63,975 nucleotides of DNA, filler included, from an uncultured bacterium (GCA_964371695.1; 13 parts of 13 records of this genome joined end to end with filler, not necessarily neighbours in it), one strand, 5' to 3'; counted from the whole stretch's first letter, positions 44,997-55,672 are shown. A program made the numbers and translations. The notes: generated from the sequence alone by a model not told the origin.

Positions 44997-46463
44997 CTAC
45001 ACATCGGCCAGCGTCACGGCGTGTTCCAGCTTCACGGCGGCGGCCACATCCAGCGCCAGATAGGGCGTGTCCCCCCCCAGCGGCTCGGCCAGTTTGGGGT
45101 CTTCCTTCAGCAGCGCCAGCACGTCGGGTGAACGAAAACCATAACGCTGCACCAGATGCGCCGCAGCCTCTTGGCCCAGGCCCCCCTCTTTGACAAAGCG
45201 GTCGTGGCAGGCGGCGGAAAAATCGCTCCAGCGCGTGGTGACTTCTCCGCCCAGGGGCAGGGCGGCTGTTTGTGTGCTGGTGGTGAGGTGTTTGTTGAGG
45301 GTCTGGGCCAGGTGGCGCACCACTTTGTCGGCCAGGGTGCGGTAGGTGGTGATCTTGCCGCCGCACACGTTGATCAACAGCCGCAGCGGGCCGTTCATTT
45401 CCTGCTCAATCTTGTATTCCCGGCTCACCTTGCTGGCCGAGACGCCGGGGGTGTAAAGCAGCGCCCGCACACCGGCCCAGGCGCTGTGTACGTCGGTGCG
45501 GCGCACGTTGCTGGTGGGGAACACCCGGCGCACTTCCGAGAGCAAATATTGCACGTCGGTTTCTTCGGCGGCCACGTTGGCGGGGTCGCCGGTGTAATCG
45601 GTGTCGGTGGTGCCCACATAACTCAGGTGTTCGTTGAAGGGCAGCACAAAAAACACCCGGTTGTCTTTGGAGTGGCTGAGGGTGAGCGCGTGCTGGCCGG
45701 TGACCTTGGGAATCACCAGATGCACGCCTTTGGTGAGGCGCAGCATGGGGCGGTGGCCCGGTTCGTCCTGCCGCACCACGTCGTCCACCCACGGCCCCGC
45801 CACGTTGATCACCACCCGCGCCCGCACGTCGGCCTCCTGGCCCGTCACGTTGCAGCGCACCCGCGCACCGGCCACGCCCTCGGGGCCCCTGAGCAGGCGG
45901 ATGACCTCGGCGTGGTTGAGCACCTTGGCGCCGTGGCGCTGGGCGTCCAGCACGTTTTCCAGCACCAGCCGGGCGTCGTCCACCCGGCAGTCGTAATACA
46001 GCGCGCCGCCCACCAGTCCGTCGGGTTTCAGGCCGGGGGCCTCTTGCAGCAGTTCTTCGGGTTGCATCCAGCGGTGGGGGCGCAGGTTGCGGTTGCCCGC
46101 CAGCAGGTCATAGAGCTTAAGACCAATGCGCAACTGCCAGCCGGGGCGGCCTTCTCCTTTATAAACAGGCAGCACAAACCCCTGTTCCTTCACCAAGTGA
46201 GGCGCGATGTCCATCAGGGTGCGGCGCTCGTGCAGGCTTTCGCGCACCAGGCGAAACTCGAACTGCTCCAGATAACGGATGCCGCCGTGAATGAGCTTGC
46301 TGCTGCGGCTGGAGGTGAACGCGGCGTAGTCCTGTTTCTCCACCAGGGCCACGCGGAAACCGCGCAGGGCGGCGTCCCGCGCAATGCCCGCGCCGTTGAT
46401 GCCCCCGCCAATGATGAGCACGTCAAACAACCCCTGGCTCAGATCCTTCAGACTTCCGCGCAC
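44997..46463 (-). CDS. glpD: FAD-dependent glycerol-3-phosphate dehydrogenase (3' end uncertain at contig edge)
   Basis: IIGGGINGAG.ARDAA.RG, SSRSSKLIHGGIRYL, DDARL, KG.H, GTTD, GGK.TTYR; GTG 46463 with GGAGG. Confidence 0.95.
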   Translation of the reverse strand: MRGSLKDLSQGLFDVLIIGGGINGAGIARDAALRGFRVALVEKQDYAAFTSSRSSKLIHGGIRYLEQFEFRLVRESLHERRTLMDIAPHLVKEQGFVLPVYKGEGRPGWQLRIGLKLYDLLAGNRNLRPHRWMQPEELLQEAPGLKPDGLVGGALYYDCRVDDARLVLENVLDAQRHGAKVLNHAEVIRLLRGPEGVAGARVRCNVTGQEADVRARVVINVAGPWVDDVVRQDEPGHRPMLRLTKGVHLVIPKVTGQHALTLSHSKDNRVFFVLPFNEHLSYVGTTDTDYTGDPANVAAEETDVQYLLSEVRRVFPTSNVRRTDVHSAWAGVRALLYTPGVSASKVSREYKIEQEMNGPLRLLINVCGGKITTYRTLADKVVRHLAQTLNKHLTTSTQTAALPLGGEVTTRWSDFSAACHDRFVKEGGLGQEAAAHLVQRYGFRSPDVLALLKEDPKLAEPLGGDTPYLALDVAAAVKLEHAVTLADV

Positions 46464-46576
46464 ACGCCCTCCCTTCCGGCTTTCACACGCCTGGACGGGC
46501 CTGAACCTAACCCCGTCGGGCAGATGCGTCAAGAAGGTGAAAAACCATAGGCGTATGGCCTGTTATCATTCGCGCC

Positions 46577-48376
46577 GTGAAGCTCAGCCAGCGCCTGACG
46601 CTCATATTCATCACCTTCACCGCCGTGCCCCTGGTGGTGATTTATCTGGTGTACGCCCGACAGGTGCAGCGGCACCTCGACCGCCTGGCGCGTGTGCGCA
46701 TCGAGGCCAGCCTCACCAGCGTCAGCACACAGATGAACATGGAAAAAGACCGCCTGAGCCGCTTGCTGCGCACGTTTTCGCGGCGGCGGTTTTTCAAGGA
46801 GTCGCTGATTCTGGCGCAGGAGGACAGTCCTTATTTTGACCATCTGCTGCTGATCCGCACCACGCTGGAGGCCGCCGCCGGGCCGGGGCTGGACGAGTTG
46901 ATGGTGATCACGCCCCGTGGCGAAGTGCTGAGCCGCGCCAGCGATGAATACCGCTATGGCGACAGCGTGGGCGAGCGGCTGTTCTTTCGGGAGGCCATGG
47001 GGGGGCGGCCCGTGGTGCATCTTCAGTCGGGGGCCGGGGGCGGCCTGTTTGTGCGGGCCAGCGGGCCGGTGCGTTACCGGGGCAAGGCGGTGGGGGTGAT
47101 GAGCCTGGGGTTTTTCACCGACAAGGATTTGCTGCGGGGCCTCAGCCGGGCCACCGAGGCGCGTTTGCTCATCACCGACGGCAAACGGCCCCTCGCCTAC
47201 AGCGGCGGGTTCAACGGCCAGTCGGCGCAAAAACTGCTGCGGGCTTACCGGGCTGCGCCACTGCGCGGAAAAAACTCGCCTCTGCTCAAGGTTTATCTGG
47301 AAGGCGAGCCTTATCTGTTCGCCAGCGCGCCGCTCATGGGCAGCGACCGTTATCGCCTGCTGGTGGGGGCGAGTGACAAAGAGCGCCAGCAGATGTCCCA
47401 GCAGTTGCAGACGCTGCTGATTCTGCTGCTCGCGGGTGTGAGTGTGACCGGCGCGGTGCTGGGGCCGCTGGCGGCGGGGCGCGTGCTCAGGCCCATCGGC
47501 GACCTGGTGCAGGGGGCCAAGGCGCTTGAGCAGGGCGACCTGGATTACCGGGTGAAGGCCCACGTTTCTTCCAAAGACCTCAACACCCTGGTGGACACCT
47601 TCAACAACATGGCCGAGTCGCTCAAGGCCAACCAGCAGGCGCTGGTAGAGGCCGAGCGGCGCAGCGCGTGGCGTGAAATCGGCGTGCGCATCGCCCACGA
47701 AATCAAGAACCCCCTCACACCCATCCAGATCACGCTGCAAAGCCTGCTGCGCAGCTTTCAGCGCAAAGACGCCGACTTTGGCGAACACCTGGAAGACGGC
47801 GTGAACACGATTCTCAAAGAGGTGGACCGCTTGCGGCATCTGGCCTCGGCCTTTGCCGATTTTTCGCGCATGCCCAGCCCCACGCCCCGGCCGGTGCTGA
47901 TTTCGCAACTGCTGGAAAAAGCCATGGCGCTCTACAACCATCCGCCCAAAGACGTGACCGTGACTTTGAAGGTAGAGCGCGACGCCACGCTGAATCTGGA
48001 TGAAGAGCAGATCCACGCCGTGATCGTGAATCTGGTGAACAACGCGCTGGACGCCCTGAAGGAACACCCCCCCGTGGGCGGGGGCAAGGTGGAGGTGATG
48101 GCCAGCCAGGGCACCCGGCTGGTGGGAGACACCCCCCAGGAAATGGCCGTGATTGTGGTGAGTGACAACGGCCCCGGCCTGACCGAAGCCGTGCGGCAAA
48201 AAGTGTTCGACCCCTACTTCACCACCAAAAAAACCGGCACGGGCCTGGGGCTGGCGATCGCCAAACGCATTGTGAGCGACCACGGCGGCACCATCGAGGC
48301 CCAGGGCGAGCCGGGCCAGGGCTGCACGTTTCGTGTGTACCTGCCCATGAGCTTCAAAACCATGGGCCAGGAGTGA
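46577..48376 (+). CDS. Membrane sensor histidine kinase (Cache-HAMP-HisKA-HATPase, NtrY-like)
   Basis: Two TMs, HAMP, AW.E...RIAHEIKNPLTPI, N...NA, DNGPG, GTGLGL. Confidence 0.95.
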   Translation: MKLSQRLTLIFITFTAVPLVVIYLVYARQVQRHLDRLARVRIEASLTSVSTQMNMEKDRLSRLLRTFSRRRFFKESLILAQEDSPYFDHLLLIRTTLEAAAGPGLDELMVITPRGEVLSRASDEYRYGDSVGERLFFREAMGGRPVVHLQSGAGGGLFVRASGPVRYRGKAVGVMSLGFFTDKDLLRGLSRATEARLLITDGKRPLAYSGGFNGQSAQKLLRAYRAAPLRGKNSPLLKVYLEGEPYLFASAPLMGSDRYRLLVGASDKERQQMSQQLQTLLILLLAGVSVTGAVLGPLAAGRVLRPIGDLVQGAKALEQGDLDYRVKAHVSSKDLNTLVDTFNNMAESLKANQQALVEAERRSAWREIGVRIAHEIKNPLTPIQITLQSLLRSFQRKDADFGEHLEDGVNTILKEVDRLRHLASAFADFSRMPSPTPRPVLISQLLEKAMALYNHPPKDVTVTLKVERDATLNLDEEQIHAVIVNLVNNALDALKEHPPVGGGKVEVMASQGTRLVGDTPQEMAVIVVSDNGPGLTEAVRQKVFDPYFTTKKTGTGLGLAIAKRIVSDHGGTIEAQGEPGQGCTFRVYLPMSFKTMGQE

Positions 48377-48461
48377 ATGAGTGTATCTCCCCCTCTCCCC
48401 TTTATGGGGAGAGGGTTGGGGTGAGGGGTCAAACAAAGAGCCAAAAGCCACTGTGAAACCC

Positions 48462-49559
48462 ATGAAAGGCCTCTACCTCCACATTCCTTTTTGCCACCGC
48501 CGCTGCCCCTATTGTCATTTTGATCTCACGGTTCAAAAGCAGCACCGGCAGGATTTCGCCCACCTGTTGTTGCGGGAGTTTGCGCAAAAGGGCCTGAGCG
48601 GCCCCTGGGACACGGTATTTTTCGGCGGGGGTACACCCCTGCTGGCGAATCTCGCCCCCCTGGCGGCGGCCTGGGGAGACTGGCTGGGACAAAGCACCGA
48701 AACCACGGTGGAGGTGAACCCCGAAAACCTGCCGCTGCTCAAACAGCAGTGGCCGCTGTTGATGGGCCTGGGAGTGAACCGGATGTCGGTGGGTGTGCAG
48801 GCTTTTGAAAACACCCGTCTGAAACAACTGGGCCGGGGGCACGGTGCGAAAGTGGCGGTGGAAACCCTGGGCTGGCTGCTGGAAAAACAGATCAATACCG
48901 GTGTGGACCTGCTGTTGTGTCCCTTTGCGGGAGAAGCCCGCGTGTGGCGCGAAAACTTTCGTTGGCTGGGGGCGCTGCGGCCCCATCATGTGAGTGTGTA
49001 CATGCTGGAGAACCCCGGCCATGGCCACTGGTTTGCCCGCCACGAACACTCCGGCACATTTCAGCGCCTGCCTGCGTTTTATCACCGTGTGCAGGCGGGG
49101 CTGGCGGCGCTGGGTTATGAGCAATACGAAATCAGCAACTGGTGTCTGCCCGGTTATGCCAGCCGCCACAACCAGATTTATTGGCGGGGTGGTGTGTATG
49201 ACGCCCTTGGCCCCAGCGCTGCGGCTTTTGATGGTGAGTGGCGCACGCAGAATCTGTGTGGCCTGACGGCTTATGCAGAGGCACTGAATCAGGGGGCCTC
49301 GCCGCTGGCCAGCGCCGAACGTCTGACACCGCACCGGCGTTTGCGCGAGGCCCTGGTGCTGGCGCTGCGCACCACACAGGGGGTGGACGCGGGCGCGCTG
49401 TTTCGCCGTTTTGCGGTTGATGAGTCAACCACCCAGGCAGTGTTGTCTGATCTGGATAAATTGTGCCGGGCCGGTTTGCTGCACAGGGTGGGTGAGGTTG
49501 ATACCCTGCCGCCTCAGTTCTACCCCATGGCCGACGAAGTGCTGTGCCGGTTGGTGTGA
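48462..49559 (+). CDS. hemW: Radical SAM heme chaperone HemW (HemN-like)
   Basis: LYLHIPFC...C.YC.F, GGGTP, E.NP, R.S.GVQ, YEISN, HN..YW. Confidence 0.9.
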   Translation: MKGLYLHIPFCHRRCPYCHFDLTVQKQHRQDFAHLLLREFAQKGLSGPWDTVFFGGGTPLLANLAPLAAAWGDWLGQSTETTVEVNPENLPLLKQQWPLLMGLGVNRMSVGVQAFENTRLKQLGRGHGAKVAVETLGWLLEKQINTGVDLLLCPFAGEARVWRENFRWLGALRPHHVSVYMLENPGHGHWFARHEHSGTFQRLPAFYHRVQAGLAALGYEQYEISNWCLPGYASRHNQIYWRGGVYDALGPSAAAFDGEWRTQNLCGLTAYAEALNQGASPLASAERLTPHRRLREALVLALRTTQGVDAGALFRRFAVDESTTQAVLSDLDKLCRAGLLHRVGEVDTLPPQFYPMADEVLCRLV

Positions 49560-49622
49560 CAGAAGGAAGTGGGAAATTGGAAGCTGTAGAATTTCTCCAT
49601 TCACCAACCGGGAGGTTTGACC

Positions 49623-49774
49623 ATGGAAGAGCGCATGTGGGTTTTTCTGCTTCCCCCGGTGGTGGCGGGTTTGGGAATGCTGCTGCTGGTGCGGGTGGTG
49701 CGGCGTTCTGAAGCCGGGCCAGCCTCGCGCCCCGTGCTCAACACCAGCGACAGCAACACACAGCAGTATTGGCC
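49623..49774 (+). CDS. Partial (5' end) membrane-anchored hypothetical protein
   Basis: GGAGG RBS, ATG, one hydrophobic helix, runs into contig end. Confidence 0.5.
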
Positions 49775-49874
49775 NNNNNNNNNNNNNNNNNNNNNNNNNN
49801 NNNNNNNNNNNNNNNNNNTTAATTAATTAANNNNNNNNNNNNNNNNNNNNNNNNNNNNNNNNNNNNNNNNNNNN

Positions 49875-49971
49875 CTCAGATTTCGCTTCGCTCAACCTTC
49901 GGCTGCCCTCTCCCTCAGGGAGAGGGCAAAAAAAAGCTCTTATTGCCTCCACATCTACTCTGAAAATGATC
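49875..49971. repeat. Uninterrupted copy of the host element (empty site of the 183-bp MITE)
   Basis: ctcagatttcgcttcgctcaaccttcggctgccctctccc-TCA-gggagagggc...ctctgaaaatgatc. Confidence 0.85.
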
Positions 49972-49985
49972 TAGGATCTCAGGCA

Positions 49986-50711
49986 ATGGAAAAAGGCGCA
50001 ATGAAAGATAAGGGAACTGAAATTTCCCTCACGCATGTGATTCGCACTTCCGCAGTGGTCTCTTCGATAATGGGGGGATTGATTGGGGGGATTTTTGGGC
50101 TACTTATATCAAACGCAGATCGAAAAAATGACGAAAAAATGCTTATTTTTTCTGAGAAATACAAAGCTTTTGCGGAGCTACAGGAATCGCTTTGGGAGTT
50201 TTATACACAGCCAGATGAGATTGTTAAATTTAACGAAATAAATGGTTTGGATCAAAAAATTCAAGCAAAAATAGAAAAAGCAAAGCCTTTTGGATCAGCA
50301 AAAACAAAACAGCTTCTGCATCAATTGGCAGAGACGATTCATATGGAGCATGGCCAATGGCGGCGTGAGACAACTGAGAAAAAGCCTGGAATCAAATACG
50401 GAAGGACTTTGCAATTTCTTTTTGAAAAAGACAGGCTTAAGTCTAAATTTAGAGATGATCTCGTGAAATTAAAAAAATCTTTAAGCTTGGATTGGGGCCA
50501 AGAACCAGACGGAGTAAACTCCAAACTTCTTCCCACGCTGGAAGACGGTTGGACTTTCAAAAATATTAAAATCATTTCTGGAAGCAAGGTAATAGCAGAT
50601 GATGGTGTGGAACACCAAATGTTTCCGCTTCCAGGTTTTGCTACTTCAGGTAAAATCAAGGACTGTGGGGATGGGACTATTTGCTGGGTAATCGGTAACG
50701 ATTCAAATTAG
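49986..50711 (+). CDS. AT-rich hypothetical protein with N-terminal TM helix
   Basis: 241-aa ORF in visibly low-GC DNA; no recognised motif. Confidence 0.7.
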   Translation: MEKGAMKDKGTEISLTHVIRTSAVVSSIMGGLIGGIFGLLISNADRKNDEKMLIFSEKYKAFAELQESLWEFYTQPDEIVKFNEINGLDQKIQAKIEKAKPFGSAKTKQLLHQLAETIHMEHGQWRRETTEKKPGIKYGRTLQFLFEKDRLKSKFRDDLVKLKKSLSLDWGQEPDGVNSKLLPTLEDGWTFKNIKIISGSKVIADDGVEHQMFPLPGFATSGKIKDCGDGTICWVIGNDSN

Positions 50712-50792
50712 AGTTCATTTTAAGCTGTCCGCGATTGTGCGCATATAATTATTTGGAAGTTTTAGGATACAGGCGAACAGAATATCTTCCTA

Positions 50793-50944
50793 CCCTCTCC
50801 CCTTTACGGGGAGAGGGTGGCGCGGAGCGCCGGGTGAGGGGTTTAAACAAAATAAAAAACTTTTGTTTGACTTTTTTGTTTATATTTCGCCCCTCACCCG
50901 GTCCTGCGGACCACCCTCCCCCCAGAGGGGGGAGGGAACGATGG
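50793..50944. repeat. CCCTCACCC/GGGAGAGGG palindromic doublet
   Basis: Inverted copy of 41878-42021 with a different AT-rich spacer. Confidence 0.85.
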
Positions 50945-51164
50945 TGGCTTTGGGATGAATGTTGCCTGCCATGCGCTCTGTGCCCACCTGGTTTCCAGAA
51001 AAGCTACTTTTATAAAGGCTGAGCAAAGCCCATACTGTGCGGTGCATGGGGCCTGTGGGTTGGACGATTTTGTGGAAAATGGCAGGCGTCGGACGAGGCG
51101 GTTTGAGGGCGACGCAGGCCCTCAGCTTCCAGAATCAGGAAACAACTGAAGCAGGGGTGTTCGG

Positions 51165-52229
51165 ATGAATCAGTTGCACAAGGGTATGCCGGCCATGCCG
51201 CTCCTGTCGGTTTCGGCCTGGCGGCTCTGGCGCGCACTGCAAGTCACGGTATGGCTCATCGGGGCAGCGCTCCTTCTCGCTCTGATTTTCTGGCCGAGGG
51301 TGGGCCTTCATGCGTTCTGGAATGTTCTGATTCCGGTTGCGCCCGCCCTCATTGCCATTGCGCCGGGGCTATGGCGGAATATCTGCCCGATGGGGTCTTC
51401 GGCGCTGTTTGCGCGTCATATGGGTTGGTCAAGGGAATACAGGCTTTCGCCACACCAGCAGGGCCTGCTTGCCCTCGTCGGCGTGGGACTCCTGTTGCTG
51501 ATCGTGCCGCTGCGGCACGTCATTTTGAACACCAACGGCCCGGCCACCGGGCTGGCCATTGCCCTGCTTGCCGGTGTCGCCGTGCTGCTTTCCTTTCGAT
51601 ACCAGTGGAAAAGCGCGTGGTGCTCTGGCATGTGCCCGGTCCATCCGGTGGAGAAACTTTATGGCTCTGCACCGATTGCGACCCCTCCCAATACACACTG
51701 CCACACCTGCGAACGGTGCGTGGAGACCTGTCCAGACTCCACACCAAGAACAGGGCAACTGTCAGGGCGCAAAGGTGTTCGGGCACAGAATATCGCCACT
51801 GTGATCATGGTCGGCGGTTTTGCCGGTTACGTCTGGGGATGGTTTCAGGTGCCTGATTTTTTCGGCACGGCGGGTTGGCGGCATCTTGCCCAGGTTTACG
51901 CCTGGCCGTTTGGCGGTCTTGCCGTGACCCTGGCGCTGTTTCTCCTGCTTTATCGGACAGTCCCGGACAAACACAGTCGGCGGGTGCAGCAAATCTTTGC
52001 CGCTGCGGCGATCAGTTGTTACTACTGGTATCGCCTGCCGGCCCTCTTTGGGTTCGGCCAGTTTCCCGGTGACGGGATGCTGATTGATCTCAGCACCGTG
52101 CTGCCTTTGTGGTTTCCCATTGTGGCAAAGATCTCGGCAACGGTGTTTTTTGCATGGTGGATGGTCGGGCGTTCGGAAGTGCGGCGCGCCTGGCTGGTGC
52201 GCCCACCCTTCGTGACCAGTCAGGCATAA
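51165..52229 (+). CDS. Membrane 4Fe-4S binding protein (NapH/MauN/Fer4_5-like)
   Basis: WRNICP.G, WC...CP, CHTCERCVETCPD with multiple TMs. Confidence 0.8.
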   Translation: MNQLHKGMPAMPLLSVSAWRLWRALQVTVWLIGAALLLALIFWPRVGLHAFWNVLIPVAPALIAIAPGLWRNICPMGSSALFARHMGWSREYRLSPHQQGLLALVGVGLLLLIVPLRHVILNTNGPATGLAIALLAGVAVLLSFRYQWKSAWCSGMCPVHPVEKLYGSAPIATPPNTHCHTCERCVETCPDSTPRTGQLSGRKGVRAQNIATVIMVGGFAGYVWGWFQVPDFFGTAGWRHLAQVYAWPFGGLAVTLALFLLLYRTVPDKHSRRVQQIFAAAAISCYYWYRLPALFGFGQFPGDGMLIDLSTVLPLWFPIVAKISATVFFAWWMVGRSEVRRAWLVRPPFVTSQA

Positions 52230-52263
52230 AGGAAGAGGCCGCACAGGCCAGAATTGTCATGAA

Positions 52264-52860
52264 TCACACCACCCCCGGCGGCCCCAGGGCCTGGGTGAGG
52301 GCGGCGAACCGGCGGTCAAAGGCCTGTTGGCTCAGCACGGGGGTGATTACGCCGGTGCCGAGGGGTTCGGGCAGTTCCACCCAACTGGTGCAGCCGCCAA
52401 AAATGGACAGGTAGGGTGAAACGTGCTGTTCGGCGGTGTCGAAGGCCCTGAGGGCCACCGCCCACAGGCCAGGGGCTTTGCCGAAGTGAAAACGCGACAC
52501 CAGCGCGTGGTGGGCCAGGGGGCTGAAGGGGGCCAGGGCCTCCAGATGGTTTTCGTCCTGCAAGTGCCAGGCCCCCGCCACGGTGGCCAGTGCGCCAAAG
52601 GGCACCTGCTCCTGGGCCTGGGCATAGGCGGCCTGTGCGGGGGCATAGGCGGGCCGCAGGGCCGGGGACAGGTCTTCTTCTTTCTGGTGCAGCAGCGTGG
52701 GAAACAGCCAGAAGGTTTTGTGCAGCAGGCGGAAGCCGTCCCTGTTCGGCTCCACAATGCCGCCCTTGCGCACAACGAGAAGGGTGCTGCCCTCCAGCAG
52801 TCCCTGAAGCACCACGGCCCATTCTTTCAGGGCAATCTGGCAGGTTTGTGTGTTGGTCAT
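52264..52860 (-). CDS. DUF1802 family protein
   Basis: ALKEWA.V...L..G....RKGGI.E, F.LFPT..HQ, GGC.SWV.L. Confidence 0.9.
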   Translation of the reverse strand: MTNTQTCQIALKEWAVVLQGLLEGSTLLVVRKGGIVEPNRDGFRLLHKTFWLFPTLLHQKEEDLSPALRPAYAPAQAAYAQAQEQVPFGALATVAGAWHLQDENHLEALAPFSPLAHHALVSRFHFGKAPGLWAVALRAFDTAEQHVSPYLSIFGGCTSWVELPEPLGTGVITPVLSQQAFDRRFAALTQALGPPGVV

Positions 52861-53631
52861 TCATAACCCCGTGGGTGAATCCACAAAAAACCAGTCCAGG
52901 CCAAAATGTTGTTGCAGCCAGTCGCCCACCGCCTGCACGCCAAACTGCTCGGTGGCGTAGTGGCCGCCATAAATCAGCCCCAGGCCGTGTTCGCGGGCCT
53001 CAGGCACGGTGTAGTGCGCGCCTTCGCCGGTGAGCAGCACGTCCACCCTGGCAGAAACAGCGGCGGGCCATTCGCTGCCCGCGCCGCCGGTGATGAGTCC
53101 AATCCGCCGGATGGTTTCGTGGTGGCCTACCCAGCCCTTCACCCCTTTGCCCAGCAGGGTGCGGCAACATTTGAGCAGTGCGCCAAAATTGCCCGCGCCC
53201 TCGCACACCAGACCCACGTCCACACCCTTGTAATCGCAGAACGAATCCACGGGCGTGAGTTTGAGCCGCCGGGCCAGTTGAGCGTTGTTGCCCAGTTCGG
53301 GGTGGACATCCAAAGGCAGGTGGGCGGCATAAATGTTCAGGCCCCCTGCAATCGCCCGTTTCAGCTTGCGGCCAANNNNNNNNNNATAAGGCCCCGTAAG
53401 GGGTTTCAGGCCGCCCCAGTAAAGGCCGTGATGCACCACCAGCAGACTGGCCTTGCCCGCCAGCGCCTGAGTGATCACGTCTTCGCTCGCGTCCACCGCC
53501 ACGGCCACGCGGTGAACGGTTTTACCGGCTTCCAGTTGCAGGCCGTTGAGCGCACCCGGATAGTCTGGAATCTCGCGCACACCCAGCAGGTCATCCAGCG
53601 CGGTGGTGATGTGGGTGAGGGACGCGGGCAT
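52861..53631 (-). CDS. NIF3/YbgI dinuclear metal-centre protein (spans 10-N scaffold gap)
   Basis: D....NGLQ, VHHG, H.PLD.H..LGNN, TGE, GHY.TE.FG, PTGL. Confidence 0.93.
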   Translation of the reverse strand: MPASLTHITTALDDLLGVREIPDYPGALNGLQLEAGKTVHRVAVAVDASEDVITQALAGKASLLVVHHGLYWGGLKPLTGPYXXXXGRKLKRAIAGGLNIYAAHLPLDVHPELGNNAQLARRLKLTPVDSFCDYKGVDVGLVCEGAGNFGALLKCCRTLLGKGVKGWVGHHETIRRIGLITGGAGSEWPAAVSARVDVLLTGEGAHYTVPEAREHGLGLIYGGHYATEQFGVQAVGDWLQQHFGLDWFFVDSPTGL

Positions 53632-53633
53632 GG

Positions 53634-54687
53634 TCAGCCCACGGCAGACACAGGGGCCGTGAGGCCGATTTCTTCATCGGTGAGGTAACAGGCCGGGTCC
53701 TGCGCCCACATGTCGCCGTAATAATGCTCAGCCCGCACCCGCAGGCTGCCGCCGCACATTTTCTGATACTGGCAGGCTCCGCAACGGCCCTTGAGCAGGG
53801 GCAGGCGGTCGCGCAGGCCCGCCAGCACGGGGTTGGAGAGGTCCTCCCAAATTTCGCTGAAGGGGCGCTGACGCACGTTGCCAAAGCTGTAGTGCATGCT
53901 GAACTGATCGGCGTGTACGTCGCCCCTGAAATCAATGTCCGACACCCCCACACCGCTGGACCACGTGCCCCCGCCGTTCCACTCCAGCATGCGCCGCACT
54001 TCTTCGGCCCGCACGGGGTCGCGCTGTTTCAGACGCATGTACAGATAAGGCCCGTCGCAGTGGTTGTCCACCGTGAGAATGTCCTTTTTCTGGCCCTTGT
54101 CGTGAATGTCCTCGACCCATTCAAAAATCCGGTCCACGGCCTCACGGGTGCGGGCGGGGGCGCAGTCGTCATTGCCGTCGCTCATGTCGCGGCCCCGGCC
54201 CGCATAGGCCAGGTGATAAAAACACACACGCTCGATGCCTTCGTCTTCCACAAACTTCGAAATGCCTTCCAGGTCATCCACGTTGTGGCGCGTGATGGTC
54301 ATGCGCAGGCTGATGCGGATGCCTGCCTTTTTGCAGTTGCGGATGCCCTGCACGGCTTTGTCATAGGCCCAGGGGCGGCCCCGGAACTGGTTGTTGGTTT
54401 CGCCGATGCCGTCCAGGCTCGCGCCCACATAAATCACGCCCACTTCGTTTTTGAGCCGGTCGGCCACTTCGGGCGTGATCAGCGTGGCGTTGGTGCTGAG
54501 CACGGTGCGCAGTTTGTTCTGTTTCAGCCGGGCGGCGATGTCCCAAAAGTGTTTGTGCATGAGCGGCTCGCCACCCGAAATCAGCACGGCGGGCACGCCG
54601 TATTGCCCCAGGTCGTCGGCCACGGCCATGAGTTCGTCGTGGGTGAGTTCGCCGGTGTATTTCTGGTTGTCAGAATCGGTGTAGCAA
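53634..54687 (-). CDS. ahbC: Radical SAM/SPASM protein of the alternative heme pathway, AhbC/NirJ1-like; 5' truncated
   Basis: SGGEPL, R.CFYHL.Y.GRG, ILTVDNH.DG, NGG...SG.G...ID..G.VH.DQF, RC..C.Y...CGG..R.RA, DPACYLTDEEIG. Confidence 0.85.
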
Positions 54688-54787
54688 NNNNNNNNNNNNN
54701 NNNNNNNNNNNNNNNNNNNNNNNNNNNNNNNTTAATTAATTAANNNNNNNNNNNNNNNNNNNNNNNNNNNNNNNNNNNNNNNNNNNN

Positions 54788-55565
54788 CAAAAAAACCGGC
54801 CAGCGCCGCCACCTCCAGCCCCCCCACGCGGCCCAGCATTTCGCGCAGATTGCCCTGGCATTGCGGCCCGTGCAGGGCGACGGCTTTTTTCAACACCTCC
54901 GTTTTGTGGGCCAGACCTTTGTCGTCCAACCCCGTGCCCCGGCCCGTGAGCGCTTCGGGCGGCGTGCCTGTCACCAGCGACGCCAGCGCCGTGGCCGAGG
55001 ACGTGTTGCCAATGCCCATCTCCCCCGCCACCAGCAGCCCCGCCCCCCGCGCCACCAGGGCGTGGGCCACCGCCGCGCCCAGGTTCAGCGCCTGGGCGGT
55101 TTGTTCCGGCGTCATGGCGGCGGCCACCGAAAAATCAGCCGTGCCGGGGGCCACCTTCTGGCCCAGCAGTTGCGGATGGGGCGCGAAGTCTTCTCCCGCC
55201 ACACCGGCGTCCACCACCCACAACTCGGCGTTCACGCGCCGCGCCAGCACATTCACCGCCGCGCCGCCCGACAAAAAGTTCAGCACCATCTGGCGCGTGA
55301 CGGCGCTGGGATAAGCGCTCACACCCTGGGCCGTCACGCCGTGGTCCCCGGCAAACACCGCCACCGCCACCGGCGCGGCAGCGGGCACGCCCCCCGCCAG
55401 CACCCCCAGGCGCAGGGCCAGTTCCTCCAGCCGCCCCAGGCTGCCCTGGGGTTTGGTGAGGTTGTCCAGATGCGCCTGGATGGGCGCGGGACTGGCCGCG
55501 GGCAACGCCACACGGGCCAGGGTTGTTTCAAAAACATCGGCGCTCAGATCAAGTTGCAGGGGCAT
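54788..55565 (-). CDS. cobT: Nicotinate-nucleotide dimethylbenzimidazole phosphoribosyltransferase, 3' truncated
   Basis: LTKP.GSLGRLE, FAGDHGV..QGVS, GEMGIGNT, GRGTG, GG.E. Confidence 0.96.
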
Positions 55566-55613
55566 GGACACATCCTTTTTGATTCCGCAGAAGGTGGTTT
55601 GGGAGATTGCAAC

Positions 55614-55672
55614 GGGGGGCGCTGCCCCCCAATCCCCCCGCCGGGAGGGCGGCGGCCCTCCCGGACCCACCG
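55614..55672. repeat. GC-rich double-hairpin repeat
   Basis: gggggcgctgccccc...gccgggagggcggcggccctcccggacccacc; homolog at 59426-59481. Confidence 0.75.

Noticed and set aside
44997..44999. Genome-wide amber recoding or pyrrolysine
   Set aside because: TAG is a genuine stop for MCP, cheA (cheB starts 3 nt later), the XRE gene and thyX
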